A DNA stretch of 63,992 nt, filler included, from Aduncisulcus paluster (lineage: Eukaryota), in the NCBI GenBank assembly GCA_024181965.1. It is 7 parts of 7 records of this genome, joined end to end, with 100 filler letters (N's around TTAATTAATTAA, not from the genome) between each part and the next. Parts side by side here need not be neighbours in the genome. Positions count along the whole stretch, not along the records: positions 51,761 to 62,761 come from BQXS01009751.1; positions 62,862 to 63,992 come from BQXS01009803.1; 5 more parts are not named here. One strand, given 5' to 3'. The notes under the pieces were generated by a model. The model did not search any database. It worked only from the letters and a program-made list of their open reading frames with translations, and was not told the origin of the DNA. Positions 58,210 to 63,992 of this stretch are shown piece after piece. Position 1 is the stretch's first letter; each line of letters opens with the position of its first letter. Position numbers and translations under genes: made by a program.

Positions 58210-61164
58210 ATGCCAACTAGATATAATTGTGGCACAAAATCTCGAACTCAGACATCTATGGTTCTCAATTTATCTGATATAGAACATCAGTCAGAAAAGT
58301 CACCTGTGGAGCCATATGCCAAAAAAGAAGATGAATTATACTCTAAATGTGATCTTTTTGAACAATTATTGATGGAAAGACCAAGAAATTTTACAGACTC
58401 TTCGGTTGAACTTAAAAAATTTGTCTCTTCTCTCCCCAAACTCGATTGGGTTTTTTATCAACATGTTACAGATCTTCTAATTGGAATACCCCCAACTAAA
58501 GGACGTTTTCAATATCATTCTGCCTATTCTTATGCCAGTTGTATATTTTTGAATGGATACGAATTTCTCACTAATTATCAGGGATTTGACGAATGTTACA
58601 CCTCTTTATACAAGTCTATGAAAGCATTAGAAATTTCAAAAGTCTCGATGGATGACTTTCAGAAACATTGGTCCGTCATTTGTAGCAATTTACATTTTAT
58701 CCATAGAATACCTCTATTTTACAGGTATAAACTTCACAAAGATTCTTTAGTCGAAGGAATTTGCAAATTAAAATCACTTTTGAAGATTCCCGAGTCATCT
58801 GGTTACATTCACAGGATTTTACAAATGGAGCGCAAAGGTCAGGTCTACATCAGTCGTTCCAACGATTTATGCGGTATTTATTATGAATCATCTGATTATA
58901 TCCCCACTGACGAGTCAGATTGGTGCGACGAAGACTTTCCTTTCGGCCATCTCGTCTTGCATCCCCTGTTCGCCTTTTCTGACGGCTCTCGAGTTTTCGT
59001 TGTCTACCCAAATTGGTCTGTGGATAGAAAAGACTTCAATCCTCACATAAAGTTTCCTGATCTGCGGCCTTCTTACATCCACTCTTGCTTTGACAATCCC
59101 GACAAAGCTCCCAGCAGCGGGTCCACACGTACAACGATGTGTGTATTGTTCAGTAAGATTGAAGCTGCTAGTTCGTTATGTTATGTTCCACCCGAGTTAT
59201 GTGAAAAATTCGAGATATCTCCCGTTCCTGTTGACATTTCTATTGACTCCCTGAAAGATTCCTCAAAGAGCAAGCGTATTGATTATTCAGGCTATTTAGC
59301 AATTGAAACAAGTATTGCGAATCTGTATGAGACAGATCCATCCTCATCTATGGGAAAATCCATTGAAATTGAACTCCCCAAGTCTGTCAAAAGGGTGATT
59401 CGAAAGAAGCCAGTCAAGCCAACCACCCCTTCCAAGCTGAATTCCTCTTCCTCCTCCAGCTCTGAAGATGAAGAGGAATATAGTTCTTCCTATTCTTATT
59501 CCTCTTCTTACTCTTATGAAAGGGAAAGAAAAGAAAGTGAGGAGGAGAAAGAGAAGCCTCGTAAACTTACAGAGGAGGATGAAGATGCAAGTATGGGTGG
59601 ACCTGAATCCTCTTGTATGAAGGAAATGACGACACAGATGAAAACTTTGAAATCCGTTTTCGAAGAGCTTCAACCAATGCTCCCCCCTGAAGATGCTCGT
59701 ATTCTTTTTAAGTTAGAGATGGATCTTCAATCTGAGATGCATAGTCTTGAACGATACACCGATGATCTTCAGGAAAAGAATAGAAAATACAAAGGGACAA
59801 AATCTCAATTGAAAAAAGAAAAATCAAAACTCCAGAAGAAAGAAGAAGAATTTGTCGAAAAAAAGGGAAGAATTGAATCAATCAAAACAGAAGAACATGA
59901 TGTGCAATCAAAGGTTAAAAAAGCACATGTAATCCGTGACAAACTTATGAAAGAAGCTTATTCTATCTCCGAGATCAATAGAGACATTGAAGAGAATGAT
60001 AGCATGACGCAATCCACGGCACAGTCTGTTAGAACTGTTGTTAGAAAGACTCAAGAGAAAAAAAAGAATGTGGCTCTGGCAGCGGGAAGTTTGGAGATGC
60101 ATATTGGTGATATTTACAATGCCAGACAGAAGGTAGATGCCATGAAAGCAAAGGACTTAAGGGTTGCCAAAGAGAAAAAGAGATTGCAACAACGCCATCA
60201 ACAGCAAAATGCGATGTCTATGGAGTTCCATATGGACGCTACCAAGGTTCAGTGTGACATCAAGCAAAAACAGGAACAAATGGAGAAGGATATATCAAGC
60301 TTTGAGGCGACAAAGGCCAAAGAGGAAATTGAACTCAAAAAAAGGATGCGTGATTTCTCTAATGTCGTTGTTCCATCATTTTTTACCATGTTCAAACAAG
60401 ATCAATTTGCCATGGAAGGGTATGATTCTTTTAAAAAGGTAACAAGTTTTGCAGATTGCTCAACAAAGTTAACTGCAACCGAAGTCGATTCTTTCATTAA
60501 ACCTTTATTTGCTCGTTCAGATACTCTTATTCTCGGACATGCTCGTGATCAGAGGGTTTACAAAGGTCCTTATACAAAATTCGAGGTTACAGGTGCAATC
60601 AGAATTGAGAATCCTTTCCTTTTCAAGCAATATTGTGATGCTCGTGCAGATATTCGCCGTAAATATGGAGATTGTCTCATCAAAGATGCCAATAGGAATC
60701 CAAACAAGGTAAAATCATTTGGGAAATCCAAAGTACGCCTCTGCACTGATGTTGATGAGCAACTGTTATTCCATGGTTCTTCCTTCGATATTATGAAGAA
60801 AATTGCAATCAGTGGATTCGATTATAGAGAAAGCCCAACTGATACCAAAACTGCTTTTGGCCGAGCCAATTATTTTGCAGAAGTTATTGAGAAAGCTGAT
60901 CAATATTCGAGGCCAAAGAGTGACACCGATGAGACGTACACTGTGATGCTGGCCCTAAATATCATTGGTCCTAAGCCCAAGGTTTTAGCTCCAAAAGAAA
61001 CCACTTCAACAGCTCTACGGCCTGAAAAACTCCCCGACGCAGAGGATGGAAAAGATCGATTGTACACCAGTGTTATTGGTCAATTTACATACCGTGAATT
61101 TATTCAATTTGAATTGAATTCATGTTATCCATTATTCATTGTGTTTTACAAGAGATTGCCATAA
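58210..61164 (+). CDS. PARP catalytic domain protein with central coiled-coil
   Basis: RIENPFLF..Y, LLFHGS, FGRANYFAE..KADQY and YREF give the H-Y-E triad; long heptad region upstream. Confidence 0.9.
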   Translation: MPTRYNCGTKSRTQTSMVLNLSDIEHQSEKSPVEPYAKKEDELYSKCDLFEQLLMERPRNFTDSSVELKKFVSSLPKLDWVFYQHVTDLLIGIPPTKGRFQYHSAYSYASCIFLNGYEFLTNYQGFDECYTSLYKSMKALEISKVSMDDFQKHWSVICSNLHFIHRIPLFYRYKLHKDSLVEGICKLKSLLKIPESSGYIHRILQMERKGQVYISRSNDLCGIYYESSDYIPTDESDWCDEDFPFGHLVLHPLFAFSDGSRVFVVYPNWSVDRKDFNPHIKFPDLRPSYIHSCFDNPDKAPSSGSTRTTMCVLFSKIEAASSLCYVPPELCEKFEISPVPVDISIDSLKDSSKSKRIDYSGYLAIETSIANLYETDPSSSMGKSIEIELPKSVKRVIRKKPVKPTTPSKLNSSSSSSSEDEEEYSSSYSYSSSYSYERERKESEEEKEKPRKLTEEDEDASMGGPESSCMKEMTTQMKTLKSVFEELQPMLPPEDARILFKLEMDLQSEMHSLERYTDDLQEKNRKYKGTKSQLKKEKSKLQKKEEEFVEKKGRIESIKTEEHDVQSKVKKAHVIRDKLMKEAYSISEINRDIEENDSMTQSTAQSVRTVVRKTQEKKKNVALAAGSLEMHIGDIYNARQKVDAMKAKDLRVAKEKKRLQQRHQQQNAMSMEFHMDATKVQCDIKQKQEQMEKDISSFEATKAKEEIELKKRMRDFSNVVVPSFFTMFKQDQFAMEGYDSFKKVTSFADCSTKLTATEVDSFIKPLFARSDTLILGHARDQRVYKGPYTKFEVTGAIRIENPFLFKQYCDARADIRRKYGDCLIKDANRNPNKVKSFGKSKVRLCTDVDEQLLFHGSSFDIMKKIAISGFDYRESPTDTKTAFGRANYFAEVIEKADQYSRPKSDTDETYTVMLALNIIGPKPKVLAPKETTSTALRPEKLPDAEDGKDRLYTSVIGQFTYREFIQFELNSCYPLFIVFYKRLP

Positions 61165-61656
61165 AATGATGACAAGAATATCAAAAATTTCAGTATCTCT
61201 CTCTCTCTCTTTTTCAGACCTTTTTTACTTGAATCAACTTCAACATCTATGTCTTTGGTGATCTAAAAATAGATTTAGATGAGAGATAAAACATCCAACA
61301 CCAATCTCTGATAAACGTATACGAATTTTTTGTACATTTTTATTATTTANNNNNNNNNNNNNNNNNNNNTACACCAGTGTTATTGGTCAATTTACATACC
61401 GTGAATTTATTCAATTTGAATTGAATTCATGTTATCCATTATTCATTGTGTTTTACAAGAGATTGCCATAAAATGATGACAAGAATATCAAAAATTTCAG
61501 TATCTCTCTCTCTCTCTTTTTCAGACCTTTTTTACTTGAATCAACTTCAACATCTATGTCTTTGGTGATCTAAAAATAGATTTAGATGAGAGATAAAACA
61601 TCCAACACCAATCTCTGATAAACGTATACGAATTTTTTGTACATTTTTATTATTTA
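61063..61656. repeat. Duplicated sequence flanking 20-N gap
   Basis: 61063-61349 matches 61370-61656. Confidence 0.9.
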
Positions 61657-62761
61657 TAAAATTTTTTGGAATCACATTACATTTGAAATCAATGAGATCG
61701 AGTATCAAACGATTGAATCGTCGATTCAGAATAAAGGTGATAATTACAACTACAAATAGATTAAAAACTTGAAATTGAAGTTTATCATTCAGATATGAGT
61801 TCAACGTCAAGCGATAATTGCAAAAAAAAAAGCTCAATCAATTTGAAAACTATAAAAATCGCTCAAGAAAAAACTTCTAATTTCTATTATTAGATCTAAC
61901 CACTATTGTGATTGTGGTTAATAGAAATTAAGTGTTTCCTACTTTCAAAAAAGCGATTATGTTTTTTTAAAGTTATAGAATATTGTATATAACCATACCA
62001 AGCACAAAATAAGTCATATGTATCCTAAAAATTATTATGTAGAGAACCAACAAAATACAGAAGTCAACAAATGAAATAACAGAATACAAATGAAATTATT
62101 GTCTAAAAATTAATATTTTAATTAAAAAAGAACAGATCTAAAAGAGAAATTTCTCCAAAAGGATCGAAGCCAACCATATCAAAACGCACTAGAATCCATC
62201 AATGTTTGCAGGCCAGGATAAATCAGAACAAAAACAATACAGGCTTTATGGGGCCAACAACAGAAAGAGTAAATATTCAATAGGAATCAAGCTTTGGGCT
62301 ATAAAAATATCATAATGGGGATATAACAAGTGTAAACCAAACAGCAATAAATCAGAACATTAGCAAACCCAAAGGAAATATTATCAAACAACCAATATAG
62401 AAAAAAATAAAAATAAAAATATGCAGACCCATACTAAATATATGGTAAAATTATGTGTGGAAAATAAGCCAATTGATACGTCCAAGAAGGGACGAAATAG
62501 AGAGAGAAAAGGAGAACGCACAATGATCTTGAAATGTTTCAAGAGAAAGCCAAGAATAGACTATTATTAGTCACGATATAAATATTGGAAAGAAAGAGAG
62601 CCATTAACAAAATGGAAAATATATAAATCATAAAAGCAACAAAAAAAAAGACCACGGAGACATTTTAAAATACTAAATATAAAAATAAAATATTAAAAAC
62701 AAATTCATTCATTTCTGAAGCTATTCTTTTCACTTTCAATGACATCATCAGAAATGATATC

Positions 62762-62861
62762 NNNNNNNNNNNNNNNNNNNNNNNNNNNNNNNNNNNNNNN
62801 NNNNNTTAATTAATTAANNNNNNNNNNNNNNNNNNNNNNNNNNNNNNNNNNNNNNNNNNNN
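62762..62861. other. Artificial contig linker
   Basis: N44-TTAATTAATTAA-N44. Confidence 0.98.
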
Positions 62862-63992
62862 CTTACATTTCATTTAAAGTGTTCTGTATGCGCCAAATGA
62901 ATTGGCACCCATACTAACATAGTTTTCTAGCCGGGATGATTTAATAAAAAAATCTCTACTCCATATGTAGTGATTGCCCTGTCGCTATTTAGCGCAGAGT
63001 TGAAACGAAACTTAACTTGGCGGAGGCGGTTGCCTTTAAAAAAGTATGGCGCAGATTATGTTTCAATTTATTTCAATATTTAATTCGCTTTCTAAACTCT
63101 AATCACACCTCCAGCAAGCCTGCGCCTTCTCCTACTCACCAACAAACCATTTCATAGTTACCAATTTCTAAAAACATGCAACCGCTGTCTATTCCAAGTA
63201 GAATGGTCGGCCAACCATTGGCCTCGACTAGCATTTAATGCGCTAAATGCCGAACTGGAAAGGGCAAGCACGCCGGATTATACATAATATGCTTTTTTTA
63301 CCTCATTAGGCGTACCATTAAACTTGGGGAACGGGTTAACAAAATAAACCCATTCTAGCCGGATGAGATATGTAAATAAATTCAGTTGCCAATAGAGGTC
63401 TTGTTCCAAAGTCATTTAGAACAACTTTAAGGACAGAAATTCATTGTCAGCATGGCGCTTGCTTCTTTTTTAGCATAAGTCGCAGTCTGCTTTCAACTGG
63501 ACGACAGAGTCACTAGTAATTTAGAGTATTCATGTAGAGGCCGTTCTACTAGGCAATACTGATGCCTACTCAAAGCGCTATGCTATTATTTTCAATAAAC
63601 TTCTACAACTAAGGCCGACTATACAAGACACATGCATATGAAGGCGTGTTACCTTTCGGCGCAAGTTGAATGAGACGTTTGTTAGCGACAACTCTTCTGG
63701 AATTAATATTGTTGTATGAGTTCCAAACTTCTACCTTCCACGGCAAGCGACAATGTATTCAACGAATTTCCGTCATAAAACCACTGCCGTTCGCTATTCG
63801 ATGCGATAAATGACAGATTCAATGGAACAAGACCTTCTGCTAAGACATACATACAGTTGGTTAACCCCGTTGAGGCGTACTACAATGCCAAGATTAACAG
63901 ATAGCCCCCGTGCCAATTTCCCTTAAAAAATCGTCTGAAAGCCAAGTGCCACCTAACGTTCCCACGGTTCCCTGACGTGCGCCATTTCTCAG

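Noticed and set aside
21807-61164. Macrodomain plus PARP as a linked toxin-antitoxin-like module
   Set aside because: The genes are on different contigs, so co-occurrence in the window is due to concatenation.
16614-62861. Recurring TTAATTAATTAA palindrome within N runs
   Set aside because: It is an artificial six-frame-stop linker, so gene neighbourhoods across linkers have no biological meaning.

Overview
This is eukaryotic, gene-dense, intron-poor protist DNA. It is not one locus: seven draft contigs are concatenated with 100-nt N44-TTAATTAATTAA-N44 linkers, and five 20-N scaffold gaps are flanked by duplicated sequence. From recall rather than a search, the expanded kinase family and gene style resemble the fornicate Aduncisulcus paluster or a related Carpediemonas-like organism. 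Recognisable genes are a DHX37/Dhr1-like DEAH helicase, a PP1 catalytic subunit, a giant Ser/Thr-rich secreted protein (>2,300 aa), a RING protein, a metallo-beta-lactamase-fold hydrolase, Rer1, an AEC transporter, a MacroD macrodomain, a CFAP70-like protein, a vWA protein, a PARP-domain protein and four lineage-specific kinases or kinase fragments. The best leads are: (1) a probable Maelstrom-like DEDDh/ECHC nuclease at 34682-36799; (2) a protein with six copies of an uncharacterised beta-rich domain fused to an HRN pseudokinase; (3) a frameshifted CRE/R2-like non-LTR retrotransposon with a GC-rich foldable element upstream; (4) 5'-proximal GTATG introns, one of which appears to split the start codon; (5) an insertion polymorphism flanked by a 6-bp direct repeat; (6) a 12.3-kb contig bounded by 644-bp inverted repeats. 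No tRNA, rRNA or CRISPR array was seen.
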